From: an uncultured cyanobacterium
Lineage (GTDB): Bacteria > Cyanobacteriota > Cyanobacteriia > Cyanobacteriales > Nostocaceae
Length of the DNA: 64,000 bases
Assembly: GCA_963740315.1 (NCBI GenBank)
Contig: CAVUDP010000003.1
Span: 384,001-448,000 of the forward strand
Reading direction: 5' to 3'
The notes under the pieces were generated by a model. The model saw nothing but the letters and a program-made list of their open reading frames with translations. It was not told the origin of the DNA and made no database searches. A program made the translations under genes and the position numbers. Within the stretch, counting starts at the first letter, position 1. Each line of letters opens with the position of its first letter. Shown here piece after piece: positions 21,635-32,367 of this stretch.

Positions 21635-21947
21635 AATCTTTCCAATATTCTTTAGCTTTAGTTATATCTTCTGCTTGTGTGCTTTTATCTCCGCCACAAA
21701 GTAAAATTACAATTGTTGTTCCTATCTGTCCAAAATATATTCGGTAGCCAGCACCATAATCTATTCTAAGTTCACATACTCCTTCGCCAACGCTGCGATA
21801 GTCTCCCAGATTGCCAAGAGCTACTCGTTTAATTCTAGTATTGATTTTTGATATAGCTCTATTATCCCGTAAAGAATCGAGCCACTCGGCGAAAGGAATG
21901 CCATCTACTGTACTATAACGTTTAATTTCTCTCGGTTGCGCTTCCAC
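21606..21947 (-). CDS. RelE/ParE (HigB-like, addiction-module killer) toxin
   Basis: 'PFAEWLDSL', 'GNLGDYRSVGEGVCELRIDYGAGYRIYF', 'LCGGDKSTQ'. Confidence 0.9.
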   Translation of the reverse strand: MEAQPREIKRYSTVDGIPFAEWLDSLRDNRAISKINTRIKRVALGNLGDYRSVGEGVCELRIDYGAGYRIYFGQIGTTIVILLCGGDKSTQAEDITKAKEYWKDYEKRENSYK

Positions 21948-22061
21948 TTTTCAATTGTAAATACTTCATGGCTTACTCTACCACTTGCAGTAACCCTGTA
22001 AAATGTATTGTTTAGATTAAAAATTAATCCCTGTTATTCTTAATTGCACTTCCGCAAAAAG

Positions 22062-22550
22062 TTACTCTTCCACAGTCTCAATAAACTTTGAATTAAACTT
22101 GATTTTCTTAGCTCTATACCAAAAATCATTTACTTCATTCCAAAGAGTTCCGCGATTTGATATATTAATGGGAAAATCTGTAGAAATGCTCGCCATAGAA
22201 CCTAAATCTTCACCATTTGCAGAAACAAGATAACCAGTTTCTTCTTTTTCATCAATTCCCACAATGTAAGTAGGTGCGGGATATAATGACAACCCATCTA
22301 TGGATTCTTTAAACAATTTAACTTTTAAACGATTATCTTTTTTCGTATATCCTGTTTTTGTACTTTTCAACTGCACGTAACAAAAGGGAAGAAACTCTTT
22401 TTGTCCGATTAATTCTACAATACAATCTACGTGAGGCAATATATCATCGTCTAAAAATCGAATATTAAAAATTGCTCCATCATCCGAATGAGCTTCCGTC
22501 ATTAAAGCCACGAAAATATCTTTTACTGATTGTTCTAATTCATTCGCCAT
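22062..22550 (-). CDS. DUF4365-like PD-(D/E)XK nuclease-fold protein
   Basis: 'VD....VQLKST' motif; likely start ATG 22550 (MANELEQ) with GAGGAG upstream. Confidence 0.65.
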   Translation of the reverse strand: MANELEQSVKDIFVALMTEAHSDDGAIFNIRFLDDDILPHVDCIVELIGQKEFLPFCYVQLKSTKTGYTKKDNRLKVKLFKESIDGLSLYPAPTYIVGIDEKEETGYLVSANGEDLGSMASISTDFPINISNRGTLWNEVNDFWYRAKKIKFNSKFIETVEE

Positions 22551-22759
22551 GTTTATCAATCTCCTCAATACGTGTATTTCATAGTACAACAAATAAGATC
22601 CCTTACACTCTTACGAGAATTAAATGTAGAATCAAAAACCTCTGCGTCATTCTGCGAAAACCTTGGCGCGACTCTGGGTTTAAAAAATATTAAATAAGGG
22701 CAGGCAAGGATGCCCACCCCACAAGATTTATCTAATACCTCAATCCAAAATCCAAAATC

Positions 22760-24730
22760 CTATGCTCTTTCTCGCAATTTATCCAAGACGCTGATATCTT
22801 CCAATGTGGAAGTATCTCCAGATACCTCTTGCCCCGCCGCAAGATTTCTCAATAATCGCCGCATAATCTTACCAGAGCGAGTTTTGGGTAAAGCATCGGT
22901 AAAACGGATTTCACCAGGGCGTGCGATCGCGCCGATTTCTGCAACTACGTGCTTTTTCAGTTCTTTGTTCAGTTCTTCACTAGCTTCGCGATCGCCTTCT
23001 AAGGTCACAAATGCAACAATCTCTTCGCCTTTAATTTCATCGGGCTTACCCACCACAGCCGCTTCAGCTACCGCCGGATGGGAAACAAGAGCGGATTCAA
23101 CTTCCATCGTACCCAGGCGATGACCGGATACATTCAATACATCGTCTACCCGTCCCATTACCCAGAAGTAACCGTCTTCATCTTTTCTCGCACCATCGCC
23201 AGCAAAGTAGAGATATTTGCCATCCTTGGGTGGAATATGTTCCCAATAAGTGCGGCGGAAGCGATCGGGGTCGCCGTATACTGTTCTCATCATACCGGGC
23301 CACGGATGACGAACTACGAGATATCCACCTTCGTTATTTTCAACGGGGTTGCCGTCTAAGTCTACGATATCTGCAAGGATACCGGGGAAGGGACGAGTTG
23401 CCGAACCGGGTTTGGTAGGAATCGCGCCGGGTAAAGGTGTAATCATGATGCCGCCGGTTTCCGTTTGCCACCAAGTATCTACAATTGGACATTTTTCGCC
23501 GCCGATTACCTGGTGATACCACATCCAAGCTTCCGGGTTAATTGGTTCTCCCACGGTTCCCAACAACCGCAAAGAGGATAAATCCCGCGAAGAGGGGTGT
23601 TCGTCGCCCATTTTGATAAAGGCGCGAATTGCCGTAGGTGCGGTGTAAAATACTGTCACGCCGTACTTTTCCACCACATCCCAAAAACAGCCGGGATTCG
23701 ATTTACGAGGCGCACCTTCATACATTACCGTAGTTGCACCGTTGGAAAGCGGACCGTAAACGATGTAGCTATGTCCGGTAATCCAACCTACATCGGCAGT
23801 ACACCAATATACGTCGGTATCTTGGATATCGAAGATCCATTTGGTGGTCATGTGGCTGTAAAGGTTGTAGCCACCAGTGGTGTGAACAACGCCTTTCGGT
23901 TTGCCCGTGCTGCCAGAAGTGTATAAAACAAACAGCACATCTTCAGCATCCATTGGCTCTGCCGGACAATCTGCGGAAACCTCTTTTTGTAAATCGTGCC
24001 ACCAATAATCCCTTCCCGATTCCATCTGAACATCTTGCTTAGTACGCTGTACCACCAAGACATTTTCTACAGAAGGAGCGGCATTATTTTCCAAAGCCTT
24101 GTCAACTTGGGGCTTGAGAGGAACGATCGCATCCTTACGAAAACCACCATCGGCAGTAATTACCACCTTGGCTTTGGCATCGTTGAGGCGATCGCGTAAA
24201 GCTTCCGCACTGAAACCACCAAATACAACATTGTGAGGAGCGCCAATTCTGGCACAAGCTAACATGGCGATCGCCGCTTCGGGAATCATCGGCATATAAA
24301 TGCCCACGGTATCGCCTTTTTTTACGCCTAATTGTTTGAGTGCGTTGGCAAATTGACTAACTTCGCGGTGCAACTGTGCGTAAGTGATGGTGCGCGAGTC
24401 TCCCGGTTCACCTTCCCAAATAATCGCCGCTTTATTTTTGTTAGCAGTAGTGAGATGTCTGTCAAGACAGTTGTGAGAAATATTAATCTTACCGTTAACA
24501 AACCACTTAGCAAAAGGTGGTTGCCAATCCAATACAGTATCCCAGTGTTGAAACCAGTCTAATTCCTTTTCGGCAAGTTCAGCCCAGAAAGCTTCGGGGT
24601 TTGATTTTGCCTTGTCGTAGAGACGCTGATAGTCTTCCGCGCTTTTGATGTGGGCATTTTGCGAGAATTCCGCACTGGGAGGGAATAAACGCTTTTCTTG
24701 GAGAATTGATTCTATATTTGCTTCAGCCAT
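22760..24730 (-). CDS. acs: Acetyl-CoA synthetase
   Basis: '[11 protein letters not shown]', '[10 protein letters not shown]', '[11 protein letters not shown]'. Confidence 0.96.
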   Translation of the reverse strand: MAEANIESILQEKRLFPPSAEFSQNAHIKSAEDYQRLYDKAKSNPEAFWAELAEKELDWFQHWDTVLDWQPPFAKWFVNGKINISHNCLDRHLTTANKNKAAIIWEGEPGDSRTITYAQLHREVSQFANALKQLGVKKGDTVGIYMPMIPEAAIAMLACARIGAPHNVVFGGFSAEALRDRLNDAKAKVVITADGGFRKDAIVPLKPQVDKALENNAAPSVENVLVVQRTKQDVQMESGRDYWWHDLQKEVSADCPAEPMDAEDVLFVLYTSGSTGKPKGVVHTTGGYNLYSHMTTKWIFDIQDTDVYWCTADVGWITGHSYIVYGPLSNGATTVMYEGAPRKSNPGCFWDVVEKYGVTVFYTAPTAIRAFIKMGDEHPSSRDLSSLRLLGTVGEPINPEAWMWYHQVIGGEKCPIVDTWWQTETGGIMITPLPGAIPTKPGSATRPFPGILADIVDLDGNPVENNEGGYLVVRHPWPGMMRTVYGDPDRFRRTYWEHIPPKDGKYLYFAGDGARKDEDGYFWVMGRVDDVLNVSGHRLGTMEVESALVSHPAVAEAAVVGKPDEIKGEEIVAFVTLEGDREASEELNKELKKHVVAEIGAIARPGEIRFTDALPKTRSGKIMRRLLRNLAAGQEVSGDTSTLEDISVLDKLRERA

Positions 24731-25029
24731 AATTTGTAATTAAGTTCGTTATAGTTATTGTCTATTTTTAACGATTATTTGTCAGAGAATCTCTTGTAAA
24801 GTTTGACGTGAAGAGCATCTCCGCGTCAACTTTACGCTGCTTAGATTTTCCGGATTGTATAGGAGTTATGACCTATACATCTCTGGCGCATGATAGCAAG
24901 GAGTTAGGAAAACACAAAGTTAATTGACACACATTGATACAATTCAATACCCCATACATTAGCCCTCACCCTCGAAGGGTGGGGCTACAACTACAAAGCC
25001 CACCTGCGTGGGCTATTTTTATTAGTTTT

Positions 25030-25349
25030 TTTTAGTAATTGAAACAAAAAATAGTGCGATCAATGTATTTGAAGGTTTACCGCAATTGTTAACTTACGCT
25101 TTCAAAAGTTTAGAGCAGCAACAATTAGTTTGGGGTTTAGTTACTAACGGACAACGCTATCAATTTGTTTATTTAGATCGGGAAAATCCCCCGAATTATC
25201 AATTAATGCCTTTAGTTAATCTGAGTGAAATACAAGGTTCGATTTTATTGTTACAAGTTATGAAAGCTATTTGTGAGTTACCGGGTAAATTTTTAAGGTC
25301 CGAAGCCCCCGGATTTATCCGTGGATTATGCCATGCACGAAGCCCCTAA
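25030..25349 (+). pseudogene. 5'-truncated HsdR-N-like PD-(D/E)XK restriction-fold gene fragment
   Basis: Frame reads FLVIETKNSAINVFEGLPQLLTYAF...WGLVTNGQRYQF, similar to the C-terminal half of 44772-45425; no start, preceded by REP palindromes at 24961-25014. Confidence 0.65.
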
Positions 25350-25505
25350 ATTCAATTTATGGGGCATTAATTACGAATTATACTCACCGGGTTTTAGTTT
25401 ATGATTAATATCTTTTAACGCAGAGGAGCGCAAAGTAAAACGCAGAGGAGCGCAGAGTTTTTGACTTATATGTTGAATAAATAGTGAGAAAATATTGGAG
25501 AGATT

Positions 25506-25826
25506 ATGAAAGAAGTTAAAGCACCGACAAGTAAAAGTTACAAGGAATATCTTATTTCATCTCTAAAGGATTCTCAAGAAGCAGCAGCATATATTGAGAC
25601 TTTTTTAGAACTAGGTGAAGATGGTTACGAGCCAAAAATGTTAAGTTCTGCTTTGGAAGAAGTAGTAGAAGCAAGAAAACGCAGCGATAATTTTTCCGAA
25701 ACAGCGCAACAATATTACGAACAACTCGATAAAATCCTGGCTGAAACTGGTGGTGCGGAAATTCTAAAGTTAATTGAATTTTTGGATGCTTTGGGTTATC
25801 GAATTAGTTTGGTCGATCGAGATTAA
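25506..25826 (+). CDS. Antitoxin, array copy 1 (orphan)
   Basis: Paralogue of 26242/26978; preceded only by a toxin 3' remnant (KYWRDYERS*). Confidence 0.8.
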   Translation: MKEVKAPTSKSYKEYLISSLKDSQEAAAYIETFLELGEDGYEPKMLSSALEEVVEARKRSDNFSETAQQYYEQLDKILAETGGAEILKLIEFLDALGYRISLVDRD

Positions 25827-25924
25827 TTTTTTTGTATCGTTAATAACTAAAACTCTTTCAAAAATTTAATTCACATCTTACTATAAACACAGAATTAATC
25901 TACGAACAATGTAAAATCATCTTA

Positions 25925-26245
25925 ATGGAAGCACAGCCACGAGAAATTAGAAATTATCAAACCTTTAATGGAAAAGAACCTTTTGATGAATGGCTTAATT
26001 CATTGCGAGATATTCAGGTACGAGTCAAAATAGAAAAAAGACTTAGCCGTGTTGCACAAGGTAACTTAGGAAATTATCGCTCAGTAGGAAATGGTGTCTG
26101 CGAACTAAAAATTAATTATGGTGCCGGATATAGAGTTTATTTCGGACAAATAGGTACTCAAATTATACTTCTTCTTTGTGCAGGAGATAAAAGCACCCAA
26201 CAACAGGATATTCAAACAGCCTTCGTAATATTGGCAAAATTATGA
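25925..26245 (+). CDS. RelE/HigB-like toxin, array copy 1
   Basis: 'EPFDEWL', 'GNLGNYRSVGNGVCELKINYGAGYRVYF', 'GDKSTQ'. Confidence 0.88.
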   Translation: MEAQPREIRNYQTFNGKEPFDEWLNSLRDIQVRVKIEKRLSRVAQGNLGNYRSVGNGVCELKINYGAGYRVYFGQIGTQIILLLCAGDKSTQQQDIQTAFVILAKL

Positions 26246-26562
26246 AAGACGTGAAAGCACAGACAAGTACTAGCTATAGAGAATCTTTAATTAATTCTCT
26301 CAAAGACTCCGAACACGCTGCGGCGTACATTGCGGTAATGTTGGAATTAGATGAGGAAGGTTATGATGCTAAAATTTTTCGTTCTGCTTTAGAAGAAGTT
26401 GTAGAAGCACGGAAACGCAGCGATGATTTTTCCGAAACAGCGCAACAATATTACGAACAACTCGATAAAATCCTGGCTGAAACTGGTGGTGCGGAAATTC
26501 TTAAGTTAGTTGAATTTTTGGATGCTTTGGGTTATCGAATTAGTTTGGTCGATCGAGATTAA
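26242..26562 (+). CDS. Antitoxin, array copy 2
   Basis: ATGA overlap with the toxin stop; paralogue of the other copies. Confidence 0.82.
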   Translation: MKDVKAQTSTSYRESLINSLKDSEHAAAYIAVMLELDEEGYDAKIFRSALEEVVEARKRSDDFSETAQQYYEQLDKILAETGGAEILKLVEFLDALGYRISLVDRD

Positions 26563-26660
26563 TTTTTTTGTATCGTTAATAACTAAAACTCTTTCAAAAA
26601 TTTAATTCACATCTTACTATAAACACAGAATTAATCTACGAACAATGTAAAATCATCTTA

Positions 26661-26981
26661 ATGGAAGCACAGCCACGAGAAATTAGAAATTATCAAACCT
26701 TTAATGGAAAAGAACCTTTTGCAAAATGGCTTGATAATCTGCGAGATATGCGAGCAGTAGATAAAATCGAAAAAAGGCTTAAGCGAGTTCAAGCGGGAAA
26801 TTTAGGAGACTACCGTTCTGTTGGAGAAGGAGTTTTTGAATTTAAAATTAATTATGGGCCGGGTTATCGGATATATTTTGGACAAATAGGAACAATAATT
26901 TTACTTATTCTCTGTGGTGGAGATAAAAGTACACAACAACAGGATATTCAAACAGCCTTCGTAATATTGGAGAGATTATGA
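26661..26981 (+). CDS. RelE/HigB-like toxin, array copy 2
   Basis: 'GNLGDYRSVGEGVFEFKINYGPGYRIYF', 'CGGDKSTQ'. Confidence 0.88.
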   Translation: MEAQPREIRNYQTFNGKEPFAKWLDNLRDMRAVDKIEKRLKRVQAGNLGDYRSVGEGVFEFKINYGPGYRIYFGQIGTIILLILCGGDKSTQQQDIQTAFVILERL

Positions 26982-27298
26982 AGGAAGTGAAAGCAGCGAC
27001 GAGTACTAGTTATAAAGAATATTTAATTAATTCTCTGAAAAATCCGGAACGTGAGAAAGGTTACATTGCGGTAATGTTGGAATTAGATGAGGAAGGTTAC
27101 GATGCAAAAATATTTCGTTCTGCTTTAGAAGAAGTAGTAGAAGCAAGAAAACGCAGCGATAATTTTTCCGAAACAGCGCAACAATATTACGAACAACTCG
27201 ATAAAATCCTGGCTGAAACTGGTGGTGCGGAAATTCTTAAGTTAATTGAATTTTTGGATGCTTTGGGTTATCGAATTAGTTTGGTTGATCAAGATTGA
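26978..27298 (+). CDS. Antitoxin, array copy 3
   Basis: ATGA overlap with the toxin stop; paralogue of the other copies. Confidence 0.82.
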   Translation: MKEVKAATSTSYKEYLINSLKNPEREKGYIAVMLELDEEGYDAKIFRSALEEVVEARKRSDNFSETAQQYYEQLDKILAETGGAEILKLIEFLDALGYRISLVDQD

Positions 27299-27372
27299 TT
27301 TATGGATTTATTTTTGGAAGTTATTTCAATTTGAATTAATACAGCAGTTCAAACTGATGTTAAATTATTAGA

Positions 27373-28263
27373 ATGAGCAATTTACCGCAGGCTGATTTAA
27401 CCAAAAATCCCTATCCTGCTTTATCCGAGAGTCCTATCTTTTCAAGCGAACGATCGGGATGGTCGGGTATGTTTTTTAATCATTACAACCACCCCGCTCA
27501 TGAAAGTCCGGAATTTCAGTATACGCAACACATTATTGGGATTACGGGAAGCGGTCATCCAATGTATTCAGAACATCGGTTTGACGGTCACTTACAATCT
27601 CACTATTCTAAACCCGGTGAAGTGGTTTTTATTCCTGCTGAGATAAATTATTCATCTAAATGGGAGAAAACGGGTGAGTTTTCTTTGATTGGTTTTTTCC
27701 CAACATTTTTTGAGCAAATTGTTAACGAATCGGTTCAAACTAAAGGAGTGGAATTGATTCCTCAGATAGGTTTGAATGACCCATTTATTCAACAGATGGG
27801 AATTGCTCTTAAAGCTGATATAGAAGCAGGTTATCCAACGGGAAAAATGTTCGGTGAATCTTTAGCAACGGGATTGGTTATTCATTTAGTTAAGCATTAT
27901 TCTGCTTGGAAAGTAAAACTCCCCTCTAAATCTGCTAGAGGTTTAACACCGTATGAGTTGGAAATAATTGAAGATTATATCAGCGCTCATCTCAACCAAA
28001 ATATTTCGCTATCGGAGATGGGAGGAATTATAAATTTGAGCCAATATCATTTCTGTCGTTTATTTAAGCAATCAACTGGTATAACTCCACATCAATATTT
28101 AACTCAATGTCGGATTAATCGAGCAAAGCAGTTGTTATCAAAGAGTAAATTAACAATTACTGAAATTGCTTTTGAAATAGGCTTGAACAATCATAGTTCT
28201 TTTACAAGACTTTTTCGTAAATATGTAGGTATTACACCAAACTCTTTCAGAGCATCACAATAG
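27373..28263 (+). CDS. AraC-family transcriptional regulator
   Basis: 'LSQYHFCRLFKQSTG.TP.QY...RI..AK.LL', 'SFTRLFRKYVGITP'. Confidence 0.93.
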   Translation: MSNLPQADLTKNPYPALSESPIFSSERSGWSGMFFNHYNHPAHESPEFQYTQHIIGITGSGHPMYSEHRFDGHLQSHYSKPGEVVFIPAEINYSSKWEKTGEFSLIGFFPTFFEQIVNESVQTKGVELIPQIGLNDPFIQQMGIALKADIEAGYPTGKMFGESLATGLVIHLVKHYSAWKVKLPSKSARGLTPYELEIIEDYISAHLNQNISLSEMGGIINLSQYHFCRLFKQSTGITPHQYLTQCRINRAKQLLSKSKLTITEIAFEIGLNNHSSFTRLFRKYVGITPNSFRASQ

Positions 28264-28401
28264 CAAATTGAGCAAGATTTGCACAGTTTAAGCAAATTTA
28301 GTCAAGCTTTAGATAAAGGACGATAGCTATACTCAGCATATTCCAATCTTAATAAATATCAAACATTAAACAAAACCGAGTTTTTGTGAAAGGAGTATGC
28401 A

Positions 28402-28941
28402 ATGACAACAGTTAAAGTAGAGCAAAAAAACAAAAAACCTTTCAAATTAAACGTTAAACAAAAAAATTGGGTTCTATCGTTTCACATAGGCTTTGCTACA
28501 TTATGGACTGGAACCGTTTTAAGTATGTTTTTGATTGCACTTAGAAATAAAGATACCGCAAACTCTGACATTTTGTTTGCACTCAACTCAGCGATTAATC
28601 TACTCGATGATGTGGTTGTAATTCCAGCAGCAATTGGTTCGGTACTTACAGCAACATTACTTTGCTGGGGAAGCAATTATGGCTTTTTTAAATTCTATTG
28701 GGTAATAACTAAATGGATTTTGACCACTGGATTAATAATTTTTGGAACCTTCTGGTTATTTCCTTGGGGTAATGCTGCTGAAGATATTGCATTATCAGAG
28801 GGATTAGAAGCTTTCAAAAATCCTATTTACTTATTTGATGCTAAGGGAGTAATTATCGGTTCGCTGATTCAGGTTTCATTTCTCTTCGTTATCATTGCTA
28901 TTTCTACATTGAAGCCGTGGGGAAGAAAAAGTGTAAAATAA
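28402..28941 (+). CDS. Four-TM membrane protein (DUF2269-like)
   Basis: 'LSFHI', 'YGFFKFYWVITKW', 'ISTLKPWG'; AAGGAG RBS. Confidence 0.7.
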   Translation: MTTVKVEQKNKKPFKLNVKQKNWVLSFHIGFATLWTGTVLSMFLIALRNKDTANSDILFALNSAINLLDDVVVIPAAIGSVLTATLLCWGSNYGFFKFYWVITKWILTTGLIIFGTFWLFPWGNAAEDIALSEGLEAFKNPIYLFDAKGVIIGSLIQVSFLFVIIAISTLKPWGRKSVK

Positions 28942-29151
28942 AAATACAGCAAACAAAACAAATTTAAGATATAAATATCCGAATCTTAGAACAATTCGTA
29001 AAATCTAGAAATCATGCAGCGAGAAAGGAAACAGAAAAAACCTTGGTGGAAAAGACTTTTCGGTAAATAAAAAATCTCTCTTTCTTCTCTTCCTCTGCGC
29101 TCTCCGCGTCTCTGCGGTTTTTTATCATTGATTATTATCACAAATAACAGA

Positions 29152-29322
29152 TGGTGCGTTACGGCATTTTCAAAATGGTAATTTAGAATTCAATATAATT
29201 AGAGCCATAACACACCCTACAAAAATTGTCATTGCGAGCGACAGCGAAGCAATCCCAATCACTGCGATGAACCGCACCTTCGGTGATTGCTTCACTACGC
29301 TGACGCTCCGTTCGCAATGACA
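29152..29322. repeat. Stacked REP-like palindromes
   Basis: ggtgcgtta...taacacaccctac (29152-29220), then tgtcattgcga...tcgcaatgaca (29227-29322). Confidence 0.7.
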
Positions 29323-29343
29323 GAACTACTTATCCGTGCCCTT

Positions 29344-30735
29344 TTAAACCGGCAAACTAACGGTAAAAACACTCCCTTCACTCAATTTAGAACGCACGGA
29401 AACTTTACCACCCATTCCTTCAACCAAAGTTTTAACAATCGATAAACCCAAGCCAGTTCCACCTGCACGGTTACGGGCTTCATCTACTCGATAAAAACGC
29501 TCAAAAATCCGCGATTGATGTTGTAAAGTTATGCCATAACCCACGTCACAAACTTGGACGCATCCTTCATCTTCCTTCCGAGATAACTTCAACGTAATTG
29601 GCGTTCCGGCTTCGGAATATTTAACAGCATTGTCAATCAAATTAAGCAATACTTGTTTAAGACGGTTATAGTCTGCTTTGACTTCAATTAAATATGTTGG
29701 AGCCTCAATTGTAATATGGCGATCGCTGTATTTTTCTGCCATTTCCACAACTTCGCTGACTACATCATTCAAGATGCAGTTTTCTATATTCAAATGTAAA
29801 TTACCATGATCTGCTCTGGCTAATTCGAGCAAATCTTGTAATAAACTTATAGTACTTTCTGCTTCCGATGCCGCAGTTTCTAAAGCTTCTTTCTGAATTT
29901 CCGTTAAGTTCTGTTGCCTTCTTAATACGCTTTGCAAGTAACCGTGGACAATTGTCAATGGCGTGCGTAATTCGTGAGATACATTACTAACAAATTGCCG
30001 CTCTTTTTCCCAAGATTCGGAAAGACGAGCCAGCATCATATTACAGGTTTCAGCTAACTGTTTCACTTCGGTGGGTGCTTTATCAAAATACAGTTGTGCC
30101 TTTCCTAAATCGTCAGCAGAAATCACTTCTGTTATTTCACTTAGTTGTCGCAAAGGCTTCAGGGAACGCTGAACATAAAATGCGATCGCACCAGCCATAA
30201 CAACAATTACCAAAACGCTGGTAGCACCCACACCTTGCATCATTGCTACAAACATAGTTTGATCGCGGGTGATATCTTGCGCTACCGAAATATTACCTAT
30301 TACCTTTCCCTGTATCTTGAGAGAATCGCTGCACAATACAAAATATCTATTATCAACTTGAATAACTTTAGGTTTGTTTGGTATATTTGTTAAAGAAACT
30401 AATTTATTTTCTTGAGAGTTCGGTGATTTAATTAAATTATTAGATTTTGCTAATACTTGATTATCTAAACTTTCTACCCATAATAATGCGTTATTAGTCT
30501 TAAAATTATTAATAGCTTGGGAAATCGCTTCTTCTTCCGAACCCATTCTGCTCAAGATTTCAACGTCACGCGGTATTTGTGTAGCGATTTCTTCAATATT
30601 CTTTTTATGGCTGTCAATTAATATTCGCTGCATTCTCCAACCAGTCCAAGAAGCAAGACTTCCTAAACCTAAAATATAAAAAGCAGCAACACCGGCTGTT
30701 AAGCGTAATCTTAAAGAATTAAAGTCAAGTTTCAT
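29344..30735 (-). CDS. Sensor histidine kinase (2 TM, HAMP, HisKA, HATPase)
   Basis: 'VSHELRTPL', 'NLIDNAVKYS', 'IFERFYRVD', 'GTGLGL'. Confidence 0.95.
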   Translation of the reverse strand: MKLDFNSLRLRLTAGVAAFYILGLGSLASWTGWRMQRILIDSHKKNIEEIATQIPRDVEILSRMGSEEEAISQAINNFKTNNALLWVESLDNQVLAKSNNLIKSPNSQENKLVSLTNIPNKPKVIQVDNRYFVLCSDSLKIQGKVIGNISVAQDITRDQTMFVAMMQGVGATSVLVIVVMAGAIAFYVQRSLKPLRQLSEITEVISADDLGKAQLYFDKAPTEVKQLAETCNMMLARLSESWEKERQFVSNVSHELRTPLTIVHGYLQSVLRRQQNLTEIQKEALETAASEAESTISLLQDLLELARADHGNLHLNIENCILNDVVSEVVEMAEKYSDRHITIEAPTYLIEVKADYNRLKQVLLNLIDNAVKYSEAGTPITLKLSRKEDEGCVQVCDVGYGITLQHQSRIFERFYRVDEARNRAGGTGLGLSIVKTLVEGMGGKVSVRSKLSEGSVFTVSLPV

Positions 30736-30743
30736 ATAATAAT

Positions 30744-30892
30744 TAGTTGTTAGTTGTTAGTTGATAGTTGATAGTTGATAGTAGTTATAGAAGTTAATTT
30801 TAGTATTTTAAAATAGTTAATTATCAGCTATCTCTTTTCTTTAATAATTGATAACTGATAACTGATAACTGATAATTGTTCACTGTTCACTG
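30744..30892. repeat. Inverted STRR heptamer arrays (TAGTTGA/TAGTTGT facing TGATAAC)
   Basis: Tandem heptamers at 30744-30783 and 30849-30892. Confidence 0.7.
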
Positions 30893-31588
30893 TTAAGAAC
30901 ACGTTTTATTTACAAAGTCGCATTGAAAGACAAAAGGTTTCTGCCAACTTAAAGGAATTTCTAATAAATCTCTAACTCCTGTCATACCTTGTCCGATAAA
31001 TAGTAGTAGAGCGAAAGTATTTACAACTGTATGGATAATGCGCCATTTGTTGGTTTTGTCGCGGTAAATTTCCGGTACAATTGCTAGGGAGAAAACCATT
31101 AGTAAAGATGCGGTAATACCAATATAGTAATGCGACCAATACCATTCATTTGTACGCCGAAAAACTCCATCTTGGCAACCTAATATAACTATTCCCATTC
31201 CCGTTAAGGTTGCAAAAGTTGCTCGCCACTTTTTTTCTTTAGCTTTGTAGAGAAATACTAAAGAAGCGATAGTCGCAGCGAACAATAAAAAGATAAAAAC
31301 CACTTGAAAAGGTGATTTACTCAACAATTCTTGTTTGATAATATTTTCTACAATTGGATGCCCTACACCAAGTAAAGTTAGTCCGACAACCGAACCTGTT
31401 AATAAGTCTCCCATCCGTTTGTGTTCAGATCCAACAACCGGGGGAATTTTGGTTTTAATTTTGGCTTTGGTTTGCAAACGACGCTGACGTGCAGCCCAAG
31501 CAAAGTTTACTACATTACCGATCAGAGGGAATACAAAAATAATTGCGATCGCCGGATGTATGAGTGTAATAAAATCTGTTAGTTCCAT
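30893..31588 (-). CDS. DUF4079-like membrane protein
   Basis: 'LIHP', conserved His residues in TM helices, 'GQGMTGVRDLLEIP'. Confidence 0.75.
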   Translation of the reverse strand: MELTDFITLIHPAIAIIFVFPLIGNVVNFAWAARQRRLQTKAKIKTKIPPVVGSEHKRMGDLLTGSVVGLTLLGVGHPIVENIIKQELLSKSPFQVVFIFLLFAATIASLVFLYKAKEKKWRATFATLTGMGIVILGCQDGVFRRTNEWYWSHYYIGITASLLMVFSLAIVPEIYRDKTNKWRIIHTVVNTFALLLFIGQGMTGVRDLLEIPLSWQKPFVFQCDFVNKTCS

Positions 31589-31650
31589 TCTTGTCTAAGC
31601 CTTGTATTGTGAATTGTGGAGGAGGAGCGATTGTGAAAGAATAAAATAAC

Positions 31651-32112
31651 CTACGTCAAAACTGCATAACCGAAGGTTGCATTAAATTTACGACACCAAA
31701 CAGCTACAGATTTGAAGTTTGATACATCTACGTTTTCAGGAATTTCATACTTTTGAGCGCCATTTGTACTTTTTAATGGGGCGATCGATGTATAATCTGC
31801 TTCTTTAATTCCGGTAATTGGTAACTTATCGTCTTTGTGCAGAATTACGAATAAATCGGGACCGCTATCGGATTTAAACTGGTTATCAAATTGAATGTAT
31901 TTCTTACCGTTTTCAGTAATAATACTGGCGGTTCCTTTGGTTGGGTGTTCTGCGTCGATGAAAGCACCCGAAGATTCTACGGAGCCAGTAGCAGGGGTTT
32001 GTGCAACATTTTCTACTTGAGGTTGAGTTTCTGACTGTTGCGATTCTACATTTGTACAACCTACACTTAACAAAGCAACAATACTTAGAACGGCTGCATA
32101 TTTGAATTTCAT
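31651..32112 (-). CDS. DM13-domain lipoprotein
   Basis: Lipobox SVGC, 'GPDLFV.L', 'GAQKY.IP', 'VWCRKFNATFGYA'. Confidence 0.88.
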   Translation of the reverse strand: MKFKYAAVLSIVALLSVGCTNVESQQSETQPQVENVAQTPATGSVESSGAFIDAEHPTKGTASIITENGKKYIQFDNQFKSDSGPDLFVILHKDDKLPITGIKEADYTSIAPLKSTNGAQKYEIPENVDVSNFKSVAVWCRKFNATFGYAVLT

Positions 32113-32367
32113 TGTGGTGTCCTCAAATTGGTCTATAGCTACACTTTAGGGCTTTGTCCTAATAGATAAATTAATAGAAGCTGAGAAGTTGTTGAAAATT
32201 CGGCTAAATTTTTGATTTTATTTCTAATCTTGTTTTAATTTAAGAGTTTAAGGATAAATCTATACTTAATCATGAATTAAATTATTAAACCTTACTAGAC
32301 GCAAAGAAGGAAGAAGAAAAAGAAGTAATCTAAAATTGATTCATCTACCAATTTAAGGCAATTAACA

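Noticed and set aside
28262..28310. AraC operator (AGCAA direct repeats) before the DUF2269-like gene
   Set aside because: Plausible, but the repeats are too short to support from sequence alone.
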